Positions 1 through 31,552 of a stretch of DNA of 64,000 nt are shown in pieces. The DNA comes from Macrostomum lignano (taxonomy: Eukaryota), in the NCBI GenBank assembly GCA_002269645.1, contig NIVC01000988.1, positions 62,001 through 126,000 of the forward strand. The letters are read 5' to 3'. A program made the translations under genes and the position numbers. The notes under the pieces were generated by a model that searched no databases, had not been told where the DNA came from, and saw nothing but the letters and a program-made list of their open reading frames with translations. Every line of letters starts with the position of its first letter. Within the stretch, counting starts at the first letter, position 1.

Positions 1-607
1 CAGATTTCTTCTCCTGTTTCTCCCTTTGCGTAGGGAGGATCAAAAACTTTTTTATCCTTTTAACTAGGTCTCCCGCACATGACTGCAGTGAGATCAGCTT
101 ACAACCCGCTCAACTAGGAAGTTGGCAACTGCGTACTCGTCTTTACAATCTTGCTGTTAGTATGTTAGCTAAAAAATCGCACAAAACATAAGCCCTCCTA
201 ACGCGTGCGCCTTCATGTGTATCTAACAAAAAATGACTGGAAAAAATTGATCAACTTGCAGAAGAAGGAACGCAACCCTGACCGGCTGTTGTGTGTGTGT
301 GACAGAGACAAAAAAATGCACTAAAATCGCAACAAGATTCTGTTTTTTTACAAAGGTCCGTTTTTAAGATCCGCAAGCGTCTTGCTTGCGTGACACCTGC
401 TGCTTGAGCCGCTCACATGCACGGCCTTGCAAATCCTGGCCTTATCTTTTAGATAGAGCATTTTGCCGAGCTAATCCAACGACTAAGCTTAAGTCTCTGC
501 CCCGAGTACGGCCCGTAGCTCCACTTCACTGACCGAAATCCACTGAAATGCGTTTTAATGAGCTCTCGTCTCACTGTTTATTATTGTTTTGACAGATTGC
601 GATGGAT

Positions 608-1048
608 ACTGACATGGTCATACAGTGGGTTACTGACATGGTCATACAGTAAGCTACTGACATGGTCATACAGTGAGCTACTAACATGGTCATGCAGTGA
701 GCTACTGACATGGTCATGCAGTGAGTTACTAACATGGTCATTACAGTGAGCTACTGACATGGTCATGCAGTGAGCTACTAACATGGTCATGCAGTGAGCT
801 ACTGACATGGTCATACAGTGGGTTACTGACATGGTCATACAGTAAGCTACTGACATGGTCATACAGTGAGCTACTAACATGGTCATGCAGTGAGCTACTG
901 ACATGGTCATGCAGTGAGTTACTAACATGGTCATTACAGTGAGCTACTGACATGGTCATGCAGTGAGCTACTGACATGGTCATGCAGTGAGCTACTGACA
1001 TGGTCATACAGTGAGTTACTAACATGGTCATTACAGTGAGCTACTGAC
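608..1048. repeat. 24-bp minisatellite (TACTGACATGGTCATGCAGTGAGC), ~18 copies with variant units repeating in blocks
   Basis: Direct reading of tandem units; ORFs 558..749, 581..934 and 741..1031 are its translations. Confidence 0.95.
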
Positions 1049-2516
1049 GGGGTCGACCAGTGCAAGTGAACTGTTTCTGGATTTATCAGTATATTAATTA
1101 TTTTTAAGTTGAAAATATAACAGAAGCACTTTATCATCCCGCAAATAAATGATTTTGAGTATTGTTTACTGTCTGCCTAATTTTTTAAGTCTCTTACTAT
1201 GAATTTTGATGAAGGGCATTATTCCTAAAGTCAGCAACCGTCCCACCCACACGAATTCGGTTTTGTTTACTTTACTTCGCATCCTTTCATCGGCTACTCG
1301 GGGGGGGGGTGAATCTTCATGGCAGCTCATCAGCTAGCTATCTGCTGCCTATGGATTCCTTTACTTCATCCTCACTGCGTCAAGCTGCTACCGGGGGTGT
1401 GGGTGAGAGCTTGAGAGGGGGGAGTCAGCAGAGGGCCGAGGTCGAGCCAGTATAGGGGGTGAATGGGGTTGAAAATAGGCGAAGAGTTTTTTGGGGATAG
1501 CGAAGGAATTAGTGCCAGAAAGTAATGCCGACGTATGGAGATTCCGTCGCAGAAGGGTGGCCGTTAGGGGTTTGATTTGAGGCTTGGGATCTAGGCAAGA
1601 GCAAGCGAGAGGGGTGCAGAGATTGGGAGGGGGGGAGCAGCCGGGAGGAGACGAGATAGATAGCAGAGTGCGCTTGCGTGTAAAATCCCTGGAACGGGTA
1701 GCAGCCGCGTTAAGCGTCAGGAAAGCTCGGGTGCGGAGGTCGGGTTGGTCGCTACGCTGGGTGAGGGTAGCAACGGGAAAGCACGGTCCGCCGGAGGGGA
1801 GATAGGAGAAGAGAGACAGAGGATTTCATTGGAATCCAAGATGCCCCAAACAACCTCCTCCCCCAATCCCTGCCCCGCTGTTGCCTATCCAGCCGTTCCT
1901 CTATCCTCGGCTGTACCTAAGCTTAGTCTGCCCTCTTCGCCCACAATGCACCATTGGCCGCAGCTGGGGAGTTAGGGGGCGGACTTCTACGCAAGGAAGA
2001 GAGGGGGAGAGCGGAGAGTGAACGGTCGTCGATAGTAACGCGTGTCCTCTCTCCGCGGAGGGGAGGCTGTCGACATAAAGGTCCAGGACCTGACCGGGAC
2101 CCTCTCTCTACGTATCTCTCCTCCTTCCAGGCACACTAAGGCCTATGCTAAATACAAGCTAAAAAGGAGGACGTCCTCCCCACTGATTCGCCCACTTTGG
2201 TCGCCCCAGTACAGATTCAGAGTTTGACTCAATTAGATAAAGAACCTCCTTTATTCTCTCTTTCTCTTATCGTTCGCGCCCCCTCGCGTCCCCCCCCCCA
2301 ATCCTGTCGTCTCTGCCTCTTTTTCGACCTCTCTCTGTCTGTCTCTGTCTCCCTGACTCAGACTTAATTCTCCTTCAAAGCCTGCGAGCTAAAGGGCAGA
2401 GCAAATAAAAAAATTTGCGCGCCGCTGATTTCTGTTCCCCTCCGTCTGTCAGCTCCTCCAATTCCTCGGCGAATTGTCTGAGTTGGTTGAATCCTTGACC
2501 ATACTAAAAACAAATA

Positions 2517-7313
<4,797 letters not shown>

Positions 7314-7727
7314 TAACTACAAATGGGTTAGGATAGTGTTTGTCTGCGTGAATCATACTGTTCCATTATTGTTTTTATGTTAAAATGATTTGTAGCCTAT
7401 GCCCCGTTTTAAAACGCATTGAACTGACGTTGCCATTGCCGTAAAATATTTTCATCATGATAGGTATATCTGAAGTAATATTTAATTCGCATTGGACAAT
7501 TTCCAAATAAAAATTTCAGCTTCCTAAACCCTAACTCCGCCCTAGCTGATTGCGTTGCGCCAGATTTTTGTTAATTTAGTCAATAACGTTGTAATAAAGC
7601 AATAAAACTCAATCTAAAGTCCCATCACCGGATTCACTGAATTCGATCAGAGCACGACAATGGACTGTCAGAAATTCACGATTTAGGTTAAGCTAGGTTT
7701 GATTGAGGGTTAGACTTAGGGCTTATA

Positions 7728-7875
7728 TTGGGTTAGAGCTAGGGTTAGGGCTAGGGCTAGGGTTAGAGCTAGGGCTAGGGTTAGGGCTAGGGCTAGGGCT
7801 AGGGTTAGGGCTAGGGTTAGGGCTAGGGCTAGGGTTAGGGCTAGGGCTAGGGCTAGGGCTAGAGTAAGGGCTAGG
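7728..7875 (+). repeat. Interstitial telomere-like array of mixed TTAGGG/CTAGGG hexamers
   Basis: ~24 hexamers; ORF 7716..8009 (LALALTL) is its translation. Confidence 0.85.
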
Positions 7876-10589
7876 TTCGGCAGACAATTCGAAGCAGCCA
7901 GTCGATCAAAATTCGACAGATCAGTGCAAAGATTATTCCGCAATTTCACCTGTAGATATTGAAAGACAAAGGCGTTAGCGTGACAGCGACGAGGAGGGGA
8001 AGGAGCCATGGGGCGTTCTAGAGCAGGGCTTAGAGCGGACTTAGTGTAAGATAGACAATAGATTATAGAGCTGCCGAGACCCCCCGACCAAAAAAAGCAA
8101 ACTGTCTCTCTTGAGATGCAAACCTGTTGTCTTGTTGCAAAGCCAAATCGTGTAAAAAGAGCAAGCTGTTAGTCTTTTTTCGGACAAAACTCCCCGAATA
8201 GATCATCTGTTTTCTGCCGGTTGCTAGGCCAAAAACCTGATAGCTAGCAGTCGTGCCGCAAGTTTTTTGTGCTTTGCAAGACATTTTTTTAGCTTCCTGC
8301 AGAGCGGTAGCAAGATGAGAAAATCGTCGCTTTGAATGCAGCAAAAATGCATGTCATATATTGTAGCCTGCTTTTTAAATAATACTTTGTCCCTGTTAAA
8401 AACGTTCACAATTGTAGTTACAAATACCTGAATTTTTCATTAGCCTCCAACTTTTCAAGCTGTGTTCACGATTGCTGAATGCTTCGAAAACTACGCAAAA
8501 TTAATTATGTTGGGTAAATTTTGCAATAAATTTGCTGAATATTGCTTTTTTGTCTGTATATTATATTTTTTACACATTCTATCACTGATAAGTATGTTGT
8601 CTCAGCTTAGCTAGACATGTCAATTTGTTTAAATTGTCTTGAATAAGATTAAATATAGATCCAAAAGGAAATATAGTACTGCTAGTAGTGAAACAAAATA
8701 TGACTAACTATGCCTCCAAGCTCTCCTGATCTAGTTTGCAAAATTTCAATATTGCGGGTCTTGGCACCCCTCAATTAAAACGCCTTAAAACAACCTGCGA
8801 CAACCTTCGTGTTTTTTTATGTAACGTTTTTTTGAATAACGTAATTGCCAGAATACAATAGAAAATTGAAATAAATAATTTGTTCAAATGGCTTGATAAG
8901 CGTTTATTTAAGTTTCTCATCTTCGAATTTCATTCAGATTTAACGGTGTTAAATCAATCAAACCAAAGTTGCGTCCAAAAATGAATTAAATCGTATGAAG
9001 TCTTCTTTCTGGGAAATCCTACGCGCAATCGTTTCATTCAGCAATATTTCTGAGCTTGACTTTTCCTTTCATTCTGCACGCTCGCCGTTTCCCTAAGAAA
9101 AATCCTAAGTCGTCTTTTCCTAATGACGTTTTTAAATGTCTGAGACTAACCCCTGCCAAGCAAGTCCTGCAGTCAAAAAAGAAAACTACTCCAACGACTT
9201 GATTCACCTCTTTGAAGTTGCTAATTCAAAAAGATTAATATTTTATTCCTAAGTGAGTATAGATAATGGGAATGTGATTGCAGTTAGTCTTTCGTTTCAT
9301 TGCTTCTGTGAATTACGATTTACGATTGCAATATTTACAGTATTAGTAAGCTCCTACTAGCTCAAAATAAAAGTTATTCAACTGAGTCAGATCAGCACAA
9401 AGAGAGGGGAGAAACGAATTATTAATAAATTATGCAGAGCCTATTAGGCAGTCTTTAACCGTCTGTAATATATCAATATGCAATCAATAAATTTTTGGGA
9501 AGGTTTTGGGGCACCATTGCGCAACGAAATTGGCGTCACAATCAGCTCTGACGGTAGTTCTGCCCATTCAGCTGACTTCTGAGCACATGCACGCACTTTG
9601 TGCTTCAAACTTGGCCCATACGTGATAGTTTCAGCTCCCTTACAAAACTTTTGCAGCTCACCAACTTCCAGTTTGAGTCCAAGCGTTCGCAACTGTAGAA
9701 GATAAATTGTCATCTTGTCTGATGCGAGTAACTGGCTCGTATTGACATTTTACAGTCCTATCACGCAAAGTGTGCATGTGCAATCTGTAAGTTTTGGTCT
9801 ATTCGATTTTTTGCGAGACACATTCGGGTCTAGTGATTTCTTTGGATTAACTAACAGCGTGTATTGATGGAGAGAAGTTTGCTGTAGTATCACACGACGC
9901 TTTCTGTCTGGCGACCTCGGATCAAATCGTAACAAAGCTCCCAGCTAGTCCATCCAATTTCTGCCTCTCTGTGTGTGCGGCCTGCATGGGAACTGTAGCG
10001 GTTGTTTACTTGCATCCAGGCCTCGCCTTTTGTGCCCACAGCTGCGCTCTTTGTAGTACTTAACTCTCAAGAAGCAGAAATCTGCATTCCTGTGCAGCAC
10101 GATTGTCTTTTGCCCTCTAAGACACAACGGAAGAAGGTTTGACTCAGTTCACTCAGGAAATTGGCTAACATAAGCTTCTTGTGGCAGAGTCACTGGGGAA
10201 TTAAGCACGAAAAGTCTGCGTGTTCCTGCCGGGCATGTGGTCGGCCAATATGGAAACATCATTTTTTAAGACTGGCAAAAAGAGAGCAAATCTAAAAAGC
10301 CAGTCCATCGCGATGGGTTAAAGTACAAGTTTCTATCTTGTGCAGTTGCTAACATATGTTGAATTTTTATTGCTTCGAGTCTTAAGATTCAAAATATGCC
10401 CATTTGGCTGACTCCTGAGCAGCATACAAGAGCGCCAATAATGTACGCATGGACGCACTCACACACACGCTCATACAGGGTCAAGGCAATTAAATCAAGG
10501 CAATCTTAAAAAGTAATCTGACAATGCATAAAGATTTTTTTCGGCAGCAGTTGCATAAGCTGAAGCCGCGTGCCGTCCACTGCATGTGT

Positions 10590-11507
10590 GTTGCTCCCTT
10601 AATTTGTCTATGGTGGGGATAGTGCAATCTGTATTTAGTATTGTTCCCTTTTGTCTATGGTGGGGATAGTGCAATCTGTATTTAGTGTTGCTCCCTTAAT
10701 TTGTCTATGGTGGGGATAGTGCAATCTGTATTTAGTATTGTTCCCTTTTGTCTATGGTGGGGATAGTGCAATCTGTATTTAGTGTTGTTCCCTTTTGTCT
10801 ATGGTGGGGATAGTGCAATCTGTATTTAGTGTTGTTCCCTTTTGTCTATGGTGGGGATAGTGCAATCTGTATTTAGTATTGTTCCCTTTTGTCTATGGTG
10901 GGGATAGTGCAATCTGTATTTAGTATTGTTCCCTTTTGTCTATGGTGGGGATAGTGCAATCTGTATTTAGTGTTGTTCCCTTTTGTCTATGGTGGGGATA
11001 GTGCAATCTGTATTTAGTATTGTTCCCTTTTGTCTATGGTGGGGATAGTGCAATCTGTCTTTATTATTGTTCCCTTTTGTCTATGGTGGTGATAGTGCAA
11101 TCTGTATTTAGTGTTGTTCCCTTTTGTCTATGGTGGGGATAGTGCAATCTGTATTTAGTATTGTTCCCTTTTGTCTATGGTGGTGATAGTGCAATCTGTA
11201 TTTATTATTGTTCCCTTTTGTCTATGGTGGGGATAGTGCAATCTGTCTTTATTATTGTTCCCTTTTGTCTATGGTGGTGATAGTGCAATCTGTATTTAGT
11301 GTTGTTCCCTTTTGTCTATGGTGGGGATAGTGCAATCTGTATTTAGTGTTGTTCCCTTTTGTCTATGGTGGGGATAGTGCAATCTGTATTTAGTGTTGTT
11401 CCCTTTTGTCTATGGTGGGGATAGTGCAATCTGTATTTAGTGTTGTTCCCTTTTGTCTATGGTGGGGATAGTGCAATCTGTATTTATTATTGTTCCCTTT
11501 TGTCTAT
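10590..11507. repeat. 47-bp minisatellite (TGTTCCCTTTTGTCTATGGTGGGGATAGTGCAATCTGTATTTAGTAT), ~19 copies
   Basis: Period 47 verified (ttccc at 10741 and 10788); no unique spacers. Confidence 0.95.
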
Positions 11508-11907
11508 GAAGAAAGTGCTCCGATAAGGAAAGAAAAATGTTCCTCAGCGAATCGGTGCAGCTGTTGATATAACGTGTAGTCGTGTAATAAATTCTTCTTT
11601 CTTCGCTTTCATACGCTTTCTGCCTTCAAACTGGGGCAAACGTTTTTATAGACTAAGGCGAGAGACACAACTGAGAAAAACTTTGCCTTCAAATATTTTC
11701 AGATGCAAGAAATCTTATAAGAAAATCTTTACAAGAAAATCTGCCGAAAAAAGTAATTTTTTATTCTTACTCGTACCATGCACCCAATTAAAGCACGCTG
11801 AGTCGTTTTACAATGCGATGTACATGTAAGTAAGTTGTAACAAATTTTCTCTATCCGCAAAATTAGCAAGTCAAGCAGTGAGGAAAGCTTCCTTTCTAGC
11901 CATAATT

Positions 11908-22624
<10,717 letters not shown>

Positions 22625-23457
22625 TGCAGAAATGCAGTCGACGCGCGATACCTGTGGCAACTCAAATAACTCACATTTATATGCCCGCAATGAGTGCCGG
22701 GGCGGTGGGAAAGGGTCGGAAGCATCAAAGCATCAAAACATAAAAAGCTTTAAAAAACAATGAACTCAAATGTTTTATTACCCACCCTTGGCATTTAAAT
22801 GAGAACGCACCGCGATGTGACATCTTGTCTGTCAGCGTTGGCGCTTGAGCCATAGCTTTCTCTCGCTATTCAGCCTCTATCCCGCTGTTGCAAACGAATC
22901 AGATATAGCTATTTCAACTTTTACTGCCTCTACACCAAACCCCCTCATGCATGTCAGCTTTTTTCTTCGTCGACCTTTCTGTTAACTATCTATATATTAT
23001 ATATACATACCTCTACAGTTGAAGACAATCGTTGTTTGAATAGCTATAATAATAAATGGACACTAAAAAACAAAATTCACACACGGGGAGAGAGACGGAG
23101 AAATACGGACTGGTGGGTGGGTTAGCTAGGTTGTGTCTTACATTTCACTAGTATGCATGCCATTCAGTAGGAGTTTGGGCACAATCAAGTCCACTCTGCT
23201 TTGTAGAGCTTCTGTTTAACCTGAATAGTTAGAGGCAGTCTTTCGGCCAATGTAAAAATAGCCTTTTATAAAAATTATGGTCTGATATTTACTACAATAA
23301 ATAGCCGTTTAAAATACAAGCTGAAAAGTGAGATTAGGTACACAAAAAAACGATTAACAGCCATGAGGACCAACTCTCAAGGCGCAGACAGTATGAATGC
23401 CTACACTCTGTAAGAGCGTGTGTATGAGTGCGTGTCTGGATGCATTATCAGGAGTCA

Positions 23458-23850
23458 GCGGGGCTGAGACGTGGACGCTGACGCGGCTACGCTGGAGCTG
23501 TAGCTGGACTCAGGGCTGCTCCGTGCGGCCTTTCGAGCTGACGAGAGCGTCGAGACCGAGGCCCTGTACGATCGGGCGCCCGTCCATCATCCTGCACAGG
23601 CGGCGACTTCAACTGGCGGGTCACGTGATGCGGGCCGAGGGCTACTGCCCCCAACCTGTTCAGGTCGTCCTGCTGCTCACCTTTCAGGCCCGTTCAGGCG
23701 GGGTCAGGCCCGAACCTGTCGATACGCGGACTGCCTGCTGTGCGACGCTGGGGCGCCCGACACTGCCAACGGACTTCGTCCGCTCTCAAGCCATCTGACG
23801 CACCCTGCTCTAACTCTGACTTTGCATGCGGGGCCGCGTCTTTTGTTGTT
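23458..23850 (+). mobile_element. Decayed, 5'-truncated RTE/RTE-X-like LINE 3' fragment with (GTT)n tail
   Basis: Frames give GAETWTLT, LDSGLLRAAF...ALY, RRRLQLAGHVMR and RRGQARTCRYADCLLCD, typical of RTE-group ORF2 C-termini as recalled; several frameshifts and an in-frame stop. Confidence 0.72.
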
Positions 23851-24434
23851 GTTGTTGTTGTTTTTGGAATAGGTAAAATTGTGGGGGACGATGACGTGCC
23901 AGGGTGCCTACAACATTCAGGTAAATATTTATTTTTATATCTTAGATATCTTCTGTCCAGCTTTCTAGGAAAAAACTGCCATTTCGTTAACGGAGCAGAT
24001 GTCTCTCAGAAAAAGTTGTCAGACTTTCCGAAATTAGATGCAGCATCACAGATTTGCCTGTCTGCATGAAAACTGCACAGCAAATTGATGGCAAGGAGGG
24101 CCTGTCTTCGTTTTGCTTAGAAATTTTAACGAGTCGGTGAATCTCGAAAAGAACAAAACTGACTTGTGGCTTTATGTTGTTTTTGTCACTGCGGGATATA
24201 AACTCACAGAGCGGGTGAATTAATTAAATTCTAATCTATTTTCATCTGACTCGCTGGATAACATCGAAGTTTTCCACAGCTTCGAACTTGGTTTGTCCTC
24301 CCGAATAGCAGCTGCTCAAGATTTATAGTCTGATATTTGCGCCAGAGAGACAGTCAGGGATTTAATAAGTTAATCCAATGGGATTTTTTATGTTTCACTC
24401 GCTCAATTCATCTGTTTCTTGTGCCCTGCTAGAA

Positions 24435-27693
<3,259 letters not shown>

Positions 27694-27922
27694 ATTGCAT
27701 GCTATTATCTAGGGAACTGTCGAACGGACACAAAGGCACACTCCCCCCACCCGGTAAATTATGAATATCCTACAGATGAAGAATTCTCGGAACAAGACGA
27801 AAGATTTGCTTTAATCCCAGCTCTAGATATAGTTTTGCTTTTTGTTTCATTATTAAAAATATGCATCTATCTAACAACTAACATGGCTAACTAGTTAGCG
27901 CACTGTTTTGTGTTTATCCAGA

Positions 27923-29272
27923 ATGCTGCACTTCATCAGGGACAGCTGCAAACCGGACGAGATCAACCAGACCTTGGATCTGCACGATCACAGCTACGTT
28001 CTGACCGAACGACTCAACTGTTTGGTCATCCTACCAATAGCCCTAATCGCTCTGCTGGCAAATTCGCTCTCCCTGTTCGTCTTCTCGCGGCAGAAGTTCG
28101 ACAATCGAGCGGTCAGGTTTTCGCTGCTGTCAATTTCTAGCACGGAGATTTGCCTGCAGTGCGCCCTGCTCACCGAGACTGGCATCGTGTTGAGCAACTT
28201 TGAGCACTGGCACAGCGCGTTCACCTACGTGTTCACCACCGTCACGCACGTCGCAATCAACGCCCTGGTGTCCATTCGCAATTGGAACGTCCTGCTAATC
28301 AGCGCGGCCCGTTGCGAAGTCATCGTCCGACCGTTGGCCTCCAGGAGGTTCCTGTTCTTCAACCGGTTTCGCCTGGCGATCGCCTTCGCGCTGGTGATTT
28401 GCACAGCCCTGGCCTTGGCCCTGCTGGCCCACCTGGGTGGTCTGGGCGTGCTCTGCACCAACTCTGACGAGTTGCTGTCGTTTGAGAACGACGCGGCGGT
28501 TCTGGCGCCAGATAAGGCCCCAGGCGACGCAGTGATTGTCATGCGGCCCTACCTGCAGATGGACCTGTTGCCCTGGGCGATCTACGTATTCCAGGCTCTG
28601 ATCCCCACTGTTCTGATCCCATTTCCCACCATCACTATGTGGCTTCGTATTCGCAAGAATCGACTTGAACGAGCCGATACCACTCGGCGAAGCTGCGGCG
28701 GCTGCGGCGGCTCTGACAGCGGCCCGTTGTCGTCGTTGCGAGCCAGCCAGATGGTCCTGGGCCTGGCCATCCTGTTCTGCATCTTCGAGATACCGACGTT
28801 TATCTCAACAACCATCCTGCAGCACAACCCGGACCTGCCCGAGAAACTGCCAATCCATCCTGACAGCGTCACCAACGTGCTGCTCGTGACGGATTCCCTG
28901 CTGAACTTCTTTGTCTATGCCGCTTCGTCCAATAAGTTCCGAGGCGATCTTGCGAACATCTTCTGCCGAATCTGCTGTCCGACACGACTCAAACGGCAGC
29001 AGCAGCTGCAGCAGCGTCGGCAGAAACAGCAGCTGCTGTACCGGGACAGACTGTCCTCCAGGAACTGCCTACGACTCGAACGCCTGCCCAAGACCAGCGT
29101 CTCTTTGCGCAGTGGTGACGACCGATCACAGAAAGTTGAGCATGAGCAGCTGCAGCTACAGTGCGAGTCGACTGTCTCAGTTCAACTCAACAACGAGAGC
29201 TGTCGCGGCTGGACTGGCAGCAGTTTAGAAGAGAGTGCGGAAACCACTGAGATCACCAGCAGGTGTTTCTGA
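27923..29272 (+). CDS. Intronless class A (rhodopsin-like) GPCR, neuropeptide (FMRFamide/sex-peptide-receptor-like) type, 449 aa
   Basis: Seven hydrophobic segments; TM1 LIALLANSLSL, TM3 NWNVLLISAARCEVIVRPL, TM6 LFCIFEIPTF, TM7 DSLLNFFVY followed by helix-8 SNKFR and a CC pair; first ATG at 27923 lies just after a TTTTGTGTTTATCCAG acceptor. Confidence 0.88.
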   Translation: MLHFIRDSCKPDEINQTLDLHDHSYVLTERLNCLVILPIALIALLANSLSLFVFSRQKFDNRAVRFSLLSISSTEICLQCALLTETGIVLSNFEHWHSAFTYVFTTVTHVAINALVSIRNWNVLLISAARCEVIVRPLASRRFLFFNRFRLAIAFALVICTALALALLAHLGGLGVLCTNSDELLSFENDAAVLAPDKAPGDAVIVMRPYLQMDLLPWAIYVFQALIPTVLIPFPTITMWLRIRKNRLERADTTRRSCGGCGGSDSGPLSSLRASQMVLGLAILFCIFEIPTFISTTILQHNPDLPEKLPIHPDSVTNVLLVTDSLLNFFVYAASSNKFRGDLANIFCRICCPTRLKRQQQLQQRRQKQQLLYRDRLSSRNCLRLERLPKTSVSLRSGDDRSQKVEHEQLQLQCESTVSVQLNNESCRGWTGSSLEESAETTEITSRCF

Positions 29273-29719
29273 TTGAGATTAGTTGAAAGCCCAACACTAA
29301 GGCTTCTATGTTCATTTTTTATTCTATACGTGCTTTCCCAGCGCTTAGAAATCATAAAAATTCATGACACAGCTACAGCTCGACTCATTTGTTTTATGAA
29401 TCTATTTCATCATTTCTGTTACACATATTGTTACACACTCAGCCAAGAATGATAAAATAGATTTCTAAAACTAATGAGCGAAGCCGTGCCATTTTAATGG
29501 TTTTCATGCACAAGATATATGCAATTGTACGCGGATTGAAAAATTGACGTAGACTTCTAATTTTCTAGACGAAACGCTTTACGAATGTCAATTATGAATG
29601 TCAATAGAGCTATAAGAAAGGCAAAACATATCAAAAGATGAACTTTGGGTCTGCCTCCTATCGAAAGCAATAAAACCTTTGTGCTGAAAATGAAAATTTC
29701 CTATGTCCGTAATGTATTT

Positions 29720-30598
29720 TGTCTTGGGTGGGCCCCCTGTCTCTTGGGTGGGCGCCCCTGTCTCTTGCTGTGCCCCCCTGTCTCTTGGGTGGGCGCCCCA
29801 GTCTCTTGGGTGGGCGCCCCTGTCTCTTGCTGTGCCCCCCTGTCTCTTGGGTGGGCGCCCCTGTCTCTTGGGTGGGCGCCCCTGTCTCTTGCTGTGCCCC
29901 CCTGTCTCTTGGGTGGGCGCCCCTGTCTCTTGGGTGGGCGCCCCTGTCTCTTGGGTGGGCGCCCCTGTCTCTTGGGTGGGCACCCCTGTCTCTTGGGTGG
30001 GCACCCCTGTCTCTTGGGTGGGCGCCCCTGTCTCTTGGGTGGGCGCCCCTGTCTCTTGGGTGGGCGACCCTGTCTCTTGGGTGGGCGCCCCTGTCTCTTG
30101 GGTGGGCGCCCCTGTCTCTTGGGTGGGCGCCCCTGTCTCTTGGGTGGGCACCCCTGTCTCTTGGGTGGGCACCCCAGTCTCTTGGGTGGGCGCCCCTGTC
30201 TCTTGGGTGGGCGCCCCTGTCTCTTGGGTGGGCGCCCCTGTCTCTTGGGTGGGCACCCCTGTCTCTTGGGTGGGCGCCCCTGTCTCTTGGGTGGGCGCCC
30301 CTGTCTCTTGGGTGGGGGCCCCTGTCTCTTGGGTGGGCGCCCCTGTCTCTTGGGTGGGCGCCCCTGTCTCTTGGGTGGGTGCCCCTGTCTCTTGCTGTGC
30401 CCCCTGTCTCGTGGGTGGGCGCCCTGTCTCTTGGGTGGGCGCCCCTGTCTCTTGGGTGGGCCCCCTGTCTCTTGGGTGGGCGCCCCTGTCTCTTGGGTGG
30501 GCGCCCCTGTCTCTTGGGTGGGCACCCCTGTCTCTTGGGTGGGCGCCCCTGTCTCTTGGGTGGGCACCCCTGTCTCTTGGGTGGGCGCCCCTGTCTCT
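29720..30598 (+). repeat. 21-bp minisatellite family A, array 3
   Basis: ~42 units, same orientation as arrays 1 and 2. Confidence 0.95.
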
Positions 30599-31552
30599 GC
30601 CTCGAAATTTTGTGGAAAAATCTGCCTCATAAAATTTTCGAGGTCTCCCGTCCTACTTGAGTAGCTAGTCTTTGTTACACGCTCGTAGATGTTTTGCAAG
30701 TTTTTAATCATAGCGAGTCATGTAATTATAGGAGCTGAGATTATTGTCAGGAAATAACCAAGAGAGACCTTATAGCAACCAGAGAGACAAACGCGTGAAC
30801 AAGATAAATAAGTTAAGGCAAATCTAGGTACTTAGGATAAAAATTGGCATCCAGAAAATCTCGTGCGTTATAGAAGACTAAAGTTGAATTTTTTGTAATC
30901 ATAAATGCGAGTGTTCCTTCTCAATTGTCAATATTGTCTGTCCATCAGTTTTCACTAAAAAAACAACCAATAGTTACTTGTTTTGTTTCTGTTGTAGTGA
31001 TATTTGCTTTCCTTGTCGGTGATTTGTCCATCAAATTTTAATCTACGCTAGTAGCAGTTGTTACATTAAATATTTTGAAAATAATGCACTTTTATATGTA
31101 ATTGCGATTAAAGGATACAAAAATTGCAATACGTCAAATGTTCATTAGCTAGCTGGTAATATTTTGATGGTTCACAATCTTGTAAAATGTCTTGTAAAGT
31201 TGAGGTAATATTTACTCAGAATCATCTAAGCTGTTGTTATTATTATTTCTATCACATGCCTCTTAAAAATATGTTATTGGGGTCCAAATATCGAATTCCG
31301 CTCCCACTTCTATTTTTTAGTGTTCAAACTCCTTTTAAAAGAACAATTTACTATGGTTCAATGTTATACATTGACATTATAACTATTTTCATAAGATTCA
31401 TTTGTGGCTGTCCTCAGAACCGTGTATTCAGGTGGGATTAAAATCAGAAAAAAACTTCGGAACTCTAGCTGAGTGCATTAATAGAGCTTGCCTTTTTCAA
31501 TTGCGTAAAATTTCTATGCTTACCATGGCGATCAGAAACTTCTGCGATTTCG

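Noticed and set aside
1290-1345. CTGATGA on the minus strand as a hammerhead ribozyme core (also CTGATGA at 34733)
   Set aside because: No stem II closing onto a correctly placed GAAA and no stem I/III pairing found by eye
8063-10127. Short minus-strand ORFs with Cys clusters (e.g. CTCTLC) as a transposase remnant
   Set aside because: No DDE or other recognisable motif; frames do not join; no terminal repeats seen
10590-11507. CRISPR-like appearance of the 47-bp array (and the 35-bp array at 59468)
   Set aside because: Units are head-to-tail with no unique spacers, no cas genes, and the context is eukaryotic
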